A stretch of 63,951 nucleotides of DNA, counting the filler, from Dicyema japonicum (Eukaryota; Animalia; Dicyemida), in the NCBI GenBank assembly GCA_011109175.1. It is 7 parts of 7 records of this genome, joined end to end, with 100 filler letters (N's around TTAATTAATTAA, not from the genome) between each part and the next. Parts side by side here need not be neighbours in the genome. Positions count along the whole stretch, not along the records: positions 1 to 25,957 come from RDEW01000011.1; 6 more parts are not named here. One strand, written 5' to 3'. Positions 1-12,083 of the stretch are shown piece after piece. A program made the translations under genes and the position numbers. The notes under the pieces are model-generated. The model was not told where the DNA came from and searched no databases. It was given only the letters and a program-made list of their open reading frames with translations. Every line of letters starts with the position of its first letter. Position 1 is the stretch's first letter.

Positions 1-134
1 TAATTGAGGGTATTGACGAACTGACGCCAGTTTTCTTTTTTCTTACCTTGAGTTTGTTAGATATTTACTCTCGATAAAATAACGTCCATGCTGATTGGTC
101 TAAATTTACATAGATTGTATAACAATTGGATATA

Positions 135-729
135 CACCCCTCGACATAAATATTTCGTATTGTGGTTCGAGACGAGACACGTGTACCAGAAAACTTTTCT
201 AATTCATTAGAGAGTTCAGAAGCAGTTAAAGACGAATTTGCATCTAATATGCGTACCAAATGATTAATTTATACATTATTTAAAATTGATGGTCTTCCAG
301 CACCATGTTGGCGGTCATTTGATCCAGTTTTATTGTACTTTTTGATAAAATTTACGATTGTCGAATATGGAACGCCGGTTTCTTTAAAAATTTTAATATA
401 GGACATATTTAAGTCGTATAGCGCAATTATTTTCCCTTTCCGAAACGAATCGAGAGTATTATATCTAAAAATATTTTTTTATTAAGATCAAACTCTAAAT
501 TCTTGCATAATTTTACGGTTTAAATTTTATAACCAATTTTTATGTCACTAACCTAATTGCCGACATGCTTTAAATTTCTTGCAAAATTAAAATTTAAATC
601 TATTTTTATTATAAATACAAAATAAATATTATTTTAGAAGGTCTAAAGAATCTTAAAGTATGAATTTATTTGTTTTTAGATGAATAAAAACAGGAAAGAT
701 TGAATAACCAAATTTTTTGTCGAGGGGTG
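135..729 (-). mobile_element. Tc1-family DNA transposon, internally deleted (non-autonomous) copy
   Basis: Ends TA|CACCCCTCGAC (135) and GTCGAGGGGTG|TA (729). Minus strand encodes a decayed paired-like HTH (KGKIIALYDLNMSY...GAGRPSIL...SSLTASELS) that is cut at RTTIRN and joined to the right TIR. Near-identical to 55136-55712. Confidence 0.85.
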
Positions 730-1350
730 TACTTGGTTAACTCAGAAAGATATTCTTTTGATTCCTGCAGCAAATTCACAGAAATTTTAATAAATTTAGA
801 ATTTATTTCTATATTCTGTTTTTAAACAAAGACAGAGCTGTGTAGGACCTACCACCAAAAAATGGACTGCCATAATGAACCTCATTGCAAATGTATTCTC
901 TTAATTAAACAACAAGAATCAGCTTTATAAATATCCAGACGGAAATGAAGATGATGGTGAGGATAAAGAGGACGATGATGGTGACTCAATTATTAATTTG
1001 TCTGGTTGATTCGCATTGGTGTATATTGATGGGTGGCACTAAAACTAATATTTGTTCTATATTGGGTTGCAAATATCAACTTTAATTTATACTTCTTTTA
1101 GCAAATTAAATTTATCCGTAAAGGAAAATAATGCCTTAATGCCTTTCTAGGAAAATAATGCCTTCTATACACGTAGCAAATGCCTCAAAAAGCTTTAATG
1201 TCAGACACCATGTCCAACTGGCCTCGAAAAGTGAACATAGAAGCTCAGATATACTTTTAAAAGAAACTCGAATAACAAGGCGAAAATTGGATTTGCGAAA
1301 AGTGATAAATTCAACACTAATCAAATATACTTGTTCGGTTCAATAAAGTA
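135..1350. repeat. Inverted duplication of about 54516-55712 (Tc1 left arm plus about 600 bp of flank)
   Basis: Reverse-complement match read by eye; ORFs 1158..1346(+) and 54520..54708(-) are nearly identical. Confidence 0.9.
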
Positions 1351-1576
1351 ATTGTTTTTTTAAAATTAAATTAATATGGCACGAGCCTAGGTCGTTACCG
1401 AGCCTAGGTCGTTACACTTATGGACTTAGAAAAAAATGCAGACTATTAAAGATAAAGAAAATAGAAGTTGGATTTATTTATTTTCAAAAAAAATCAAGAA
1501 TTAGTAAACAAGAAAAATTTTAACGCCGTAGTATCGACTCCATGCTAAAATCCGACGGATCGTGGATTTCTAAAAT

Positions 1577-2480
1577 AAAAAATGGTGCAAACTTTCATTT
1601 TTTGGCGGCGTATCGTTATGTTGACATCTAGTTTTATATTATAACAAGGAATACAAAAATGTTTTATTAGATCTAAATTGGGATAGAACTGCCATAGTAA
1701 CTTCATTTTTTGGATCTACTTGAAAGTCTGGATGTAAGGGACTGGCAAAACCTTTGTATTCAGTGAATTTAGAATTATCTAATTTCCAAATACTGGCATA
1801 TTCCTCATCATTGCATTTTGGGCACTTCTTCATCCCAAATAGCGCGATGAAACCCTCTATATATACTAGTTCGGCACGTGCGTATACGCAAATATCATTT
1901 TGATAAACTCAGCAGATTTATGAACATATGTGAGTGATCTGCTTTTACTCCGAAGACTGTATAGTCACACTAATTGGGTCCTTGGCCTGTAAGTAATAAA
2001 GTATTTCCTATGTTTTATGGATTAAGATTTAATTTCTAAATTTTTATGTGAAACCCAGCAAGTTCCACATTCTTGTGAAAAATCTTGTTGTTTTGGGAAT
2101 TGAAATCCTGTTTACAAGTGGGAAATTCAATTTTTTATAATTTCTCATAGACTAATTTTATAGAGGAATCATTTCCGCAGGCAGAAGCTGCACTCGGCAG
2201 GTTTTGGTGAGATCGGGAGAAAATGTGGAGGCGTCTGATAAAGAGATTATACTAATCAGCAGAAATCAGTATTATCATGGCTTCAAAGAATACTGGATCA
2301 CTCTTATGGATCAGAAAATGATTAATTGAACAGTTTAGTTTCCAATCTCTCAATTCCCGACAATTTAGTGAGACTTAACACAGATTCTTAATACAACCTA
2401 GACGGGAGACTTGTTTCAATTACATAAGCAAGACGCATGGAAATTCGGAAAAACGGAAAACCAGAGTCAATTCAGTAAAA
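1577..2480 (+). CDS. Possible micro-intron-rich gene or gene relic, product unknown (hydrophobic segments)
   Basis: Candidate GTGAGT...AG intron of 26 nt near 1930-1955 and GTAAG donors; segments such as TGIFLIIAFWALLHPK and LYILVRHVRIRKYHFDKLSRFMNI-YCIVTLIGSLA. No stop-free model could be built. Confidence 0.2.
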
Positions 2481-2708
2481 TTTAGTTACCGTTCTCATTG
2501 CTGGAAAGCACGATGGGATAACTATACCATTTAACTTTCAAAATGAGAATAACCACTTTCAAAATGAAATAGTCACTTTCAATATGAGAATAACTACGTT
2601 TCAAAAACCACTTTTACGTTTCAATATGAACGTTTCAATATGAAAAAAAATTTTTAGAGGAAATGGTTCCTAAGGTATAAGCTGGCACATCAATGCCTTA
2701 TATTATTA

Positions 2709-3208
2709 TAGGGTTTTCCGAGCTTTAGCGTCGAAAGCGCAAGCATTAGTGTTGACGGATCAAGCATTAGTGTTGAAGCTCTAAAAATTAGCTTTTAAAC
2801 CGCATCTAAGCAAGCATTAACGTTTTTAGGGAAATAAAAACAACATTTTTTAAAAGAATAAAGTTCTATTCATTAATTGTTATTTTCTGCTCAGCAAAGG
2901 AAACATATCTGAGCATTTTTCGAAAAAAAGAGTCACAGTGTTCATTCGTTATTTCATCCATTTTTTCACTAATAACATTTTTCAACTCTAATTCGCTGTT
3001 AACATTTTCAGAAATTACAAGACGCTTCCATACAGAAAATATACTCTAATGCAGCGTTTCCCAACCTTTTTGTGTTCGCGGCACCTAAAACCAGGTTTTT
3101 TTTCTCGCGGCACATATTAGTTAGAAATGCTTTTTTAATTAAAAAAAGTAATTATGATGACTAATAAGACACTTGCGCTATGGAAACTCTAAAGCTCGGA
3201 AAACCCTA
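2709..3208. mobile_element. MITE-like element with 20-bp terminal inverted repeats
   Basis: TAGGGTTTTCCGAGCTTTAG at 2709 and its reverse complement ending at 3208; non-coding interior; no clear TSD. Confidence 0.65.
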
Positions 3209-3479
3209 TATAAAGATCTTTCTAGAGCAGTAGTTCTCAATTTTTTACTCGTCGCCCTTTTTGCACTTTCATCGCCCAACCAAATATTTCATCTCCCCAA
3301 AATTATCGTTGTGATGTATTAAAAATTTTGTTATAAAATTTCGATTAATAGTTAATTTTTTACCGGAAGAAATGAAAAGATACAAAAAGTTACGACAATT
3401 AATTTAATTAATGTGCCCCTTGGAACTGATGTTTATTTTAATTAATGTGCCCCTTGGAACTGATGTTCATGATAAAAAA

Positions 3480-5002
3480 TCTATTGCTGATTTTAATGAG
3501 ACAATCAATTTAAAATGAACAATATGAATTGTACAAATATTATAATGCTGATGAAACTGGTGTTTTTTACAAGGCGATTCCTTCTAAAAGTGTGTGCACT
3601 AAATCAAGGCCTGGAATAAAGTTGTCGAAGTATCGATTTTCTTTATTATTACGTGAAAATTGTTCTAGTGTCGATAAAAGAAGATCTGTGATGATAGGAA
3701 GATACAAAGATCCATGGTTTTTAAAAAATTTTAACATTGAATATTATGTTGCCTATACCGATTCCAATAAGGTAAGTATAAACCGTGAAATTTTCAACAA
3801 GTGGCTCAATGATTTTAATTATGAACTTGCGAAGAAAAAAAAGAAAAATTCTACTTGAAATAGATCAATGCCCATCTCATCAAATTATCGTCACGTTCAA
3901 ACTCTATTAAAATTGTCTTTTTGCTTCTTAGAACTTCCTCGGTTTTGCAACCAATGGATCAAGGAATTGTAAAATGCTTTAAATGCCGAATTAAAAAATT
4001 TGAAAATAAATAATATAATCGGAAAAGTTGAGACGGGGGGGAATTTTCAGAATGCAATTAATGCAATCACCCTTAAAACTGCTGTGACATTAACATTATT
4101 CGCTTTGGAATAAAGTTCCTCCTAAGACCATAAAAATTGTTTCCGTCATGCACAATGGATAAAATGTGAAACAATCACAATCAACAGTGAATTTAAGAAC
4201 TACGAAAATAATTATGAAGAAATAATTAAGAAATTTCAAAATTGACGATCCAATATCTTATAGTGAATTTGTTGATTATGGATATACTGAAAATGAAGAG
4301 CTAATGAATTTTTAGAAAAATCTGAACAAGCTGATACATTACAGTAAAAAAGATTTTAATCAGTTAGTGGTTTTATACAATAATTATACTTAGGAAACAA
4401 TTCTTGAAGAGGAATCAAATGAGAAGAGCGTTAAACCTATAGAAACTTTTAGAGCTCTTGATATTATTAAAACTTATGTTTCTCAGGTAAATACCGATAT
4501 AGATAATCACTAAAATATTATACGAATTGGGGAAATGTTAAGAAAATTAAAGACAAAACATAAAATTTCTGATTTTTTTGAATATAAATAATTTTATGTA
4601 TTCAGTCATTTGTATATAAAAAGAAATCATTTTGGGTAACCGGCCCTCTTACGACTTCTTTCATCAGAGAAGTCGGAGGAAAAGTTGCTAGGCGACGTGG
4701 GGAGCCTCGAGAAGTGTCATGGTTGTTCCAACAAATTGGAATAGCTGTCGTTCGCGCAATGCACACTCCATCATGCGTGCAACCGCAAGTTTAATTAATT
4801 AGTATCTCTGTTTCTATATCGATTTAAATAATAATGGATTTTCTCATTAAAAAAAAAAAAAAAAAATAAAATAAAATAAAAAGAAATATTTAATCTATAT
4901 TGTAAGTTCATGTTTCAACTATAAAATATTATTTGAATTTGCTCTCGAATCCGCCGATTTTGGGACCGGCCAAAAAATCGGCGGATTCGAGAGATTTTAC
5001 TG
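3480..5002 (+). mobile_element. pogo/Tigger transposase relic with right terminus
   Basis: YNADETGVFYK, IDQCPSH and TSSVLQPMDQGI DDE motifs with frameshifts; terminus ...GATTTTACTG|TA at 5002. Confidence 0.85.
4633..4866 (+). mobile_element. 3' end of CRE-like (RLE) non-LTR retrotransposon with poly(A) tail
   Basis: GVTGPLTTSFIREVGGKVARRRGEPREVSWLFQQIGIAVVR(GN) C-terminus, followed by an A-tail at about 4849-4866; interrupts the pogo relic. Confidence 0.7.
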
Positions 5003-6167
5003 TATTTAAAATTTCCATTCAAAATCGAACGCCCCAGATTAAAAATCCATCGCCCGATCTCATAAAATTCATCGCCCCATTTGGGCGATATCGCCCACGT
5101 TGAGAACCACTGGTCTAGAGTTAAGCGATTTTGAGAGGATGGATTCATTTTTTCATTGACGAGTCAACAAAAATTAATTACATATCGTCCGTCATTAAGA
5201 CATTTATGAACACGTAAATAGTTTCATACATCACATCGAGTTACGGACTCGTACATATGATAGGGCAAGAGTCCACAGTCAAATGAGAGTGAGATGTGGT
5301 AAATATGGACTGTTTCGTCAGCAAATTCCGGTCTTTTTTCCCCTTATTCCGTATGATCCTTTACGAACATAATTCTGAATAAGGGGAATTAGAGTTTTCT
5401 TTTTTTAACAAACTTGGAGCTATGTCTAGAACTGATTCTTCCAATTCATTAATTTTTTTACTACTTCGTCTACAACAGTGGTTCTCGACATTTTTTAGAC
5501 TGGGGACCACTTTTGCACTATAAAATTTTGTAGGGACCACCTTAAATAATGCGATTATCTTGTTCATTCAATTCGATAACTCTTTGAGATAGTTAGACAA
5601 AATCACCACCAAAACTACCAAAAAAACCAGACATGGTGGTCTACTGATGAAGAATTATATAATGTGTTAGATATCTTATTCTCCAGAATGAAAAAGGAGG
5701 GGCGGGCCAGTGCATGGAGTTTTGTACGCATTCAGTCTTCTATTGATGACACCCTCCAATAGTAGAAAACGACTAATCGACAATAATACACAACCCAGTC
5801 CACTATCAAGTCATATTATCCAATAAATAAACCTTTTTCCCTAGGGCAGGGGTCACCAAACTTTTTGCACTCGCGGGCCGGAGCACGTGGATAGGATTAT
5901 AATTGTACTAGAAATTCATAAGTGTGTTTTTTCAATAAAAACTAATTTAACAAAAATAAAGTCAAACACTCACTCAAAAATTATTGATTATATTCTGAAA
6001 TTCGCCATTTTCTCAAATTCGCCGCAAAAATGACGGAACCAAATATGGCGAATTTGGGAGTATTCACTGTACTAACTTTGTTGCTATTTAAAAAGCTCAT
6101 TACACTGAAGACCATTGAGTGAAGAGCAATGAGGATTACTACGAAGAAAAGTCCGATTTACTGATTA

Positions 6168-7270
6168 CAGTCCGACCTCTAATTGGGGCGCACCTCCAGG
6201 GGTGGGGCACCTCTTTTTTGGGGAAAACTCTGTTTTGGGGCATTATAAATTTTTTTAACCAAATTATAAAAAATCAATTAATTTTAACATCTCTATTTGA
6301 GGCATTGATTTTTTATTAAATAAAATTAATTATACCAATTTAAAAAAATTAATATTTTAAGACACGTTTCATTTCAAATTTCTTGTGTAATGCCTTTGAA
6401 TTATGAAACCAAGTTGAAGATTGCTGATCATCTTTTAAAGAAAGAACATTCTGAGAGGAGATTATCCATAATGTACAATTCTAGCAAGGGAACTATTTTT
6501 CGTATAAAAAAGAATATTCTTCCATTTATCAAAAAAGGATTTCTTTCCTCATCATTAAGTGAAAATAAAACGGATTTGATGAAAAAGTCCTTGATATTTT
6601 TCAGCGTCTAAGGGATCAGAATGTTCCAGTTTCTGGAACTCTTTTAAAAAAAATTTCCCTAACTGTTTCTTCGAGAATGGGCTTAAACAAGTTTAAAGCT
6701 TCAAATGGATGGTTAGAAAAATTCAAGCAGAGGCATGAATTAAAATTCCGAACATTGTCAGGCGAATCTGCATCTGCTGATCATGCGATAATTTTGAATT
6801 TTTTATCAGAATTAAATATCAAAGTTGAACAATATGGAAAGGAGAAAGGTTTTTTATGTTTTCAAGACGACCAGGAAAAGGTTTTGACAATCTCCATCAG
6901 ACTCGAGTTGCATAAATGAATCATCTGAAGAAATATTAAATAATGTTATTGATGAATGTTTCGATGAAATTGAAGAAGATAATGATGCACATCTCTATGA
7001 GGATATATACTGTGAACCGTCAATATTAAAAACTTTAAGTTTGATGAAAAACTTTGAGACAAACATTTTTGATTTGATTCCTGAGTATCTTTATTATTTT
7101 TATGAATTCAGAAGGAAAGTGTCGTTAGGAATTAAAAATAAATGGAGAAAATTAACTGATTATTTTAAAAATAATGTTCTTTTTTTTATTTATTGAGCTT
7201 TTTGAAAAACCTCTTTTTTGGGGAAACCTCTGATTTGAGGAACTTAGTGCCCCATTTAGAGGTCGGACTG
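6168..7270 (+). mobile_element. pogo/Tigger element, internally deleted (DNA-binding domains kept, DDE lost)
   Basis: TA|CAGTCCGACCTCTAA...TTAGAGGTCGGACTG|TA; CENP-B-type HTH FKASNGWLEKFKQRH...LSGESASAD; frameshifted in this copy. Confidence 0.9.
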
Positions 7271-7429
7271 TATATCAATAATCTGATAGCAAGAAACATA
7301 GTCCTCAATAACCAATCCATTAAATAAAATATGTAGATTCCGACTATGACTTATCCAAAACGGACAACGAAAAATGAATTAATTGAACGTGGCAAAACAC
7401 TTGTGAGGCATATCTAAGTTGTATGGTCT

Positions 7430-8500
7430 TATACTACTGCGTGTATTTTTACCAGGTGCCCGGGTGTCTGAACTGATGACTTTCTTGCGTTGATTTGGAG
7501 GTAGGCAGATTTGTCCATAGCAAACGAAAGCCGCTTGCTAACGCACCACTCTTTTATCATTTCGATGTATTTGAAAAACCGTTTTTCTGAGGCTTTTGTA
7601 TCTTTCGAGGTGTCTAGGACAAGAACGTCGTCAGCGTAAAGGAAGAAGGTAGTCCGGAAGTTGGGAGTAAAGGGAAACTGCTCATAACCAAGTTAAATAA
7701 AAGTGGACTGAGACAAGACCCTTATGAGAGATGTCCAGGCATACGAGAGATAGAGTTCCTTTGAACTCCATTGCTCTCGAGATAGACGACTGTACCGTTA
7801 TGAAACAGTCACTGCAGCTTCGTCCAGAGCGGAAACCCCATTGTTGCGGAAGCAACACGTTTTTGTCCTCGGCGATGAAATCGAGGCGCTTGGCCATGAT
7901 TTTTTCCATCAGTCTTGAGATGGTTGGGATTAGGCTTATGGGACGGTAGCTGCTGGCTAGGTTCACGGGCTTAGCAGGCTTTTTGATCATCCGAACCTCG
8001 GAGATTTTCATCCTTTTGGCACGTGCCCCCATTTCAGGCTTGCCGAGAACAGGCGCGCCAGGAACGCATGTAAGTCTACGGAGGCTTCTTTAAACAGCCG
8101 CATCGGTAGCTTGTCGTGGTTCGGGGCGTTGTCCCTTGCCGAACGGATAGCCCAGGTCACATCCGCGGTCGTGGTCGGATGGTGGTCCGACGACAATAAA
8201 CGCGGCAGCTATTTCGACTCGTAACCTTGCAGCGTTCCTGGACACGTCTCTTGGATTTTGGCTAGGTGTTCCGCGAATATGTTTGGAATCTCCTCCGGCA
8301 AGGCAGGAATGCCGGATTGGCTGCACAGCTCCGGAGGAGAGGATTTTCCTATGAGGTTTGTCACTTTACTGTCCAAATTTAGGTTTGTGTGATCAAGATA
8401 TTTGCAAGCCTTCTGCCATTTCCTGGCTTCTTTATCGTGTGATTTAGTTTTCCTCCAATTGCAGAGATCATATCTTTAATCATGGCCCGGTCGGTGCTTC
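7430..8500 (-). mobile_element. Jockey/I-group non-LTR retrotransposon RT fragment
   Basis: VPKGWK...KKPAKP...SSYRPISLIPTISRLMEKI, QWGFRSGRS, CLDIS and YADD-region remnants; internal deletion after LDIS. Confidence 0.8.
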
Positions 8501-8529
8501 TAATTTTTATGAGTTTTTCTAATTTTTAT

Positions 8530-10340
8530 AAATGCAGCTCAAATCCCTTATGGAATGGCTAAGGATGTGGAAAAACTCAAAAATGGAACGCAGATGTTCA
8601 AGGCTGTTCACTTACTACATAGAGGCACCCAGGCATCAAAAATCATAGTACACGATCAGTTTGGTAAGAAAATGCTAAAGAAAAACGAAATTATATCGGC
8701 TATATCTCGCCACTATCAGCTTGGCTTCAATCAAAACGATGGTGAAAACACCAAACAATTTGATGGCGAAGCACGAGAACTAAACATTCCGATAACGATT
8801 CTGGAAACAAAGAACGCCCTGGACAAACTAAACAACAATAAAGTTCCTGGCCCTGACAACATAAACGCAGAACTCTTCAAATATGGTCCGAGTGAGATCC
8901 CCGAGGTATTAACCGAGATATACAACAAAACATTCAAATACAACTCCCCATTAGACGTAGGTAATGGCACACTAATTGCACTACAAAAACCGGCCAGAGC
9001 TAAAGAACCTTTAACAAATTTAAGACCCGTTGTACTACTGACGACTCTCCGAAAGACACTATCACTTATAGTGTTGAATAGGATTGGATCTGACATTGAG
9101 AACTTTCTCTCTCACGGTCAAAGTGGATTCAGGCCAGGGAGATATACAGATGATGTGGTCTGGGGACATCGATGGCTTTGTGCAATACATCAAAAGTACA
9201 AGGGGGCTACTGGCATCCTTGGCATGGATATGTCCAAGGCCTTTGACTCTATACTCAGAGGGAGACTTCTCAATATCTTGGAGAATTTGGTTGACGAGGA
9301 CAGTGTCAGAATGATCCGTCTATTACTCGGAACTACGCAGTTGAGTTCACGTCTCGCTAATGTGGAGTCTGTCCCATTAGAGACAACGTTCGGGGTACCG
9401 CAGGGAGATTCCTTGTCACCGGTACTTTTTTTGATATATCTAAAGGCGGCACTCAAAGACTGTAGACTATTAATTGGCAACCTACCTCAAACTGAAGTGA
9501 TTTATGCAGATGATATCGACTATATATCCAGCGACGAGAAAACATTAAACTATATACGGACAAGGATGCCAGATGTCCTAGAAAAATGGTTCATCAAAAT
9601 CAATACGGAAAAGACGGAGACAACTACCATACGCCGTGAACTTAACCCGAACTGATGAAAAATGGAGATACTGTAAAAAATTGGGGTCGTTGCTCGGAGA
9701 CGCTGAGGATATCACTAACAGGAAGATGTTGGCCGTCGCGGCCTTTAGAAAAATAGTAGTCTGGAATCATCGTAAACAAATTAGCACACAATTACGTGTG
9801 AGACTATACAATGCCTTCGTGAAAAGTCCTAATGTACAACGCTGCAACCTGGGGGTCTCAGAAGCGGTAATGGACAAACTAGATGCCTTCCATCGTAAAC
9901 AACTCCGACTGTTGCTTGGCATCAACTGGCCAAAAAAAATTACAAACAAGAATCTATACAAAGTATGTAATACAAGACCATTGAGTCTGGATATCCTGAA
10001 TCAAGATGGCGTCTGTTTGGTCACATCCTTCGAATGAGCCAGATGACGCCTGCTAACAATGGATATTTTCTGCCCAGAAGTGAACAACTCGTTCTGTGGA
10101 AGACCTCGCTTAACTTTGCCAGAGGTACTACACAAGGACCTGACCAATGTAAGACGAAAACTGAACACAAGAGATGATTGGATATGCTCAGAGAAATTAC
10201 AAAAAACCGTAGCTTGGAGGAAGTTAGTTACGAGAATTGGGAAAGAATAACCTGAAGTAAAGCACGGCACAAGCGGAACCTCAATTAAATAAATTACTTT
10301 TTGGTTCTTCGAAAGTGCTATTAATAATAATAATAATATT
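8530..10340 (+). mobile_element. RTE-clade non-LTR retrotransposon, 5'-truncated, frameshifted RT
   Basis: PGPDNINAELFK, GMDMSKAFDS, GVPQGDSLSP, YADDI, LDAFHRKQLR, RWRLFGHILR; (TAA)n tail at about 10323-10338. Confidence 0.9.
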
Positions 10341-10346
10341 AACGAG

Positions 10347-10865
10347 GTGGTTATGAATGATGGTTGTGAGGAAATCGGCAGTCTCATTAGTAAATTGACT
10401 CGGATGAAACATTTGAATGTTTTAATTCCCCCTGCACTGAGTGACTCTATCAAAGCAATGACTGCATCTGTACAAAACATTGTCGATGCATTTGGACATT
10501 CCTCGCACACCGCCGACTGTGCCTCCCAAACTGACCAAGCTGAGTACGCCAAGGAGATCACAGCCAGTAAAGTGGGAGGGGAGCCACTCTCTTTCCCGGC
10601 GGAGAATGAATCGAGTTTTTTACGGCGGAGAATGGAAGTGGTTATCCCCGTCTGCGAGGAGGCTGATGTGTTGGCTGAAAAATGTCTGTTTTCTAGTCAG
10701 CATATCCATCTAAACTCGTCTAAGAGGAAGTGTTCGGTTGGAGGGAAATGTTTTGCAAAGAAGGCGTCATTTGGGTCATACCAGTGGAGCTCAGATGAGC
10801 ACTCGGAGGTGTCGAGGAGTGGGCAAGTGTATATAGAGGAGACTGATCAGAGTGAAGTGGAGTGA
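10347..10865 (+). other. GC-richer 172-aa ORF of unknown origin (possibly a retroelement ORF1 fragment)
   Basis: Open frame with raised GC relative to flanks; no motif recognised. Confidence 0.2.
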
Positions 10866-11051
10866 GCAAAAAAGGGATATTCTAACAATTGGGAGTGTTA
10901 TACTTTTCTATTCCTCATCCCTATATAACGACATAGGTCGTTCTCAATATTTAACAAACTTTCCTGAAATGATACGTTTTTGTGTCTCATTTTACAAATT
11001 AATAATTTCTGTCCAATACATCTTATTTTAGGAATTGTTCAAACCAGTATA

Positions 11052-11260
11052 GGCCCTTCTGATTGGTTGAGAGCCCGTTGTTCCCCAGTGGTCCAGGGTT
11101 CGATTCCCAGAGGCTGCCTGTGCCGGAAGCTCCGTTTGGGTTTGACGAGTGACGCCGTCATGGACTTCTCATCATACACGGACTCCGCCGAACGGATCTC
11201 CGGATGGGATGTCGAGCTTCCTACTGTCTAGAAAGGACTCACACGCAAGAAAAATAAAGA
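11052..11260 (+). mobile_element. Candidate tRNA-derived SINE
   Basis: A-box-like TGATTGGTTGAG and B-box GGTTCGATTCC at tRNA spacing, GC-rich body, A-rich end; no full cloverleaf. Confidence 0.4.
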
Positions 11261-11670
11261 TTAAGTGAAGAACATTGGCCTTTCCTACGATTAATCAGAA
11301 TTTACTGTTCTTTACTTAAAAATAAAGTGTGTGTCTTGCCTATGCGGGGTCATAAAGCTTTCGTGAAAAGGCTAATTACGAGAACGCGCATCTGATCACG
11401 TGCAGCCTGGATGAGTAATGTATAGCTTTAATAATTTCACGAATGACTTATATCCCGCTCCCACACGAGCTACCCATCCCATGGTGGCTACATGTCACCT
11501 GTCAACCTATCATAATGCCTGTCACAGTGACTGTCAAAATTAATTTCATTGGGTTCTTATCAATAATCGTTTCAACAATAAAGAATTTATTAAAATTAAG
11601 CGTCTATGTTTTTTTACTTGATTCATATTAATTATTTTAGATTTCCCCGAAAGTGTCTTAATCTGATATA

Positions 11671-12083
11671 CACCCCTCGACAAAAAACCACAATACGAAA
11701 TTTATATAAAAATGGAATTTTCGGAAGAATTGCAAAGAAAAAACCAGTTCTAACAAAAAAACACATGGTTTCCAGATTCGAGATCGTCAAAAAATTTCTT
11801 CAAATTTCAGACCATGATTTTAGATCAATAATGTTTTCTGATGAATGTATTTTTGAATTATTACCGACCCAAAAAAGAAAAATTGTGTATAGAAAAAAAT
11901 TTGAAATGAATAAATCCGAAAATATTACTCCAACTGTCAAATTTGAAAAAGGTAAATTGTGATGTAATAAAAAATTAGGGAAAGTCATGGTCAGATTTTA
12001 AAGTATCTCGGAAGAAAAAATTAAATCATTCTGTGTATAAATTAAGTAAGTTGATGATTCACCAATATTTATGTCGAGGGGTG
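11671..12083 (+). mobile_element. Tc1-family deletion derivative
   Basis: TA|CACCCCTCGAC...GTCGAGGGGTG|TA; keeps GRIAKKKP...IMFSDEC...TPTVKF segment. Confidence 0.9.

Larger units (their letters stand above)
3228..5112. mobile_element. hAT (Charlie/Buster-like) non-autonomous element carrying nested insertions
   Basis: TIRs CAGTAGTTCTCAA / TTGAGAACCACTG; flanking 8-mers TTCTAGAG / GTCTAGAG (7/8 match, NTCTAGAN target typical of Charlie elements). Confidence 0.7.
3730..10260. repeat. Direct segmental duplication, copy 1 (copy 2 about 19090-25957)
   Basis: Same order and junctions of pogo relic, CRE tail, Charlie end, pogo element, Jockey-like RT and RTE RT in both copies. Confidence 0.9.

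Noticed and set aside
2040-2100. QECGTCW on the minus strand as a papain or cerato-platanin motif
   Set aside because: No supporting downstream motifs or consistent splice model.
8555-9655. RT as a retron, group II intron or DGR
   Set aside because: Motifs and the TAA tail are those of RTE-clade LINEs.
8731-10561. Antisense ORFs over RT regions
   Set aside because: Shadow frames of the retroelement coding strand.
11052-11120. Functional tRNA gene
   Set aside because: No complete cloverleaf or anticodon arm; kept only as a SINE candidate.
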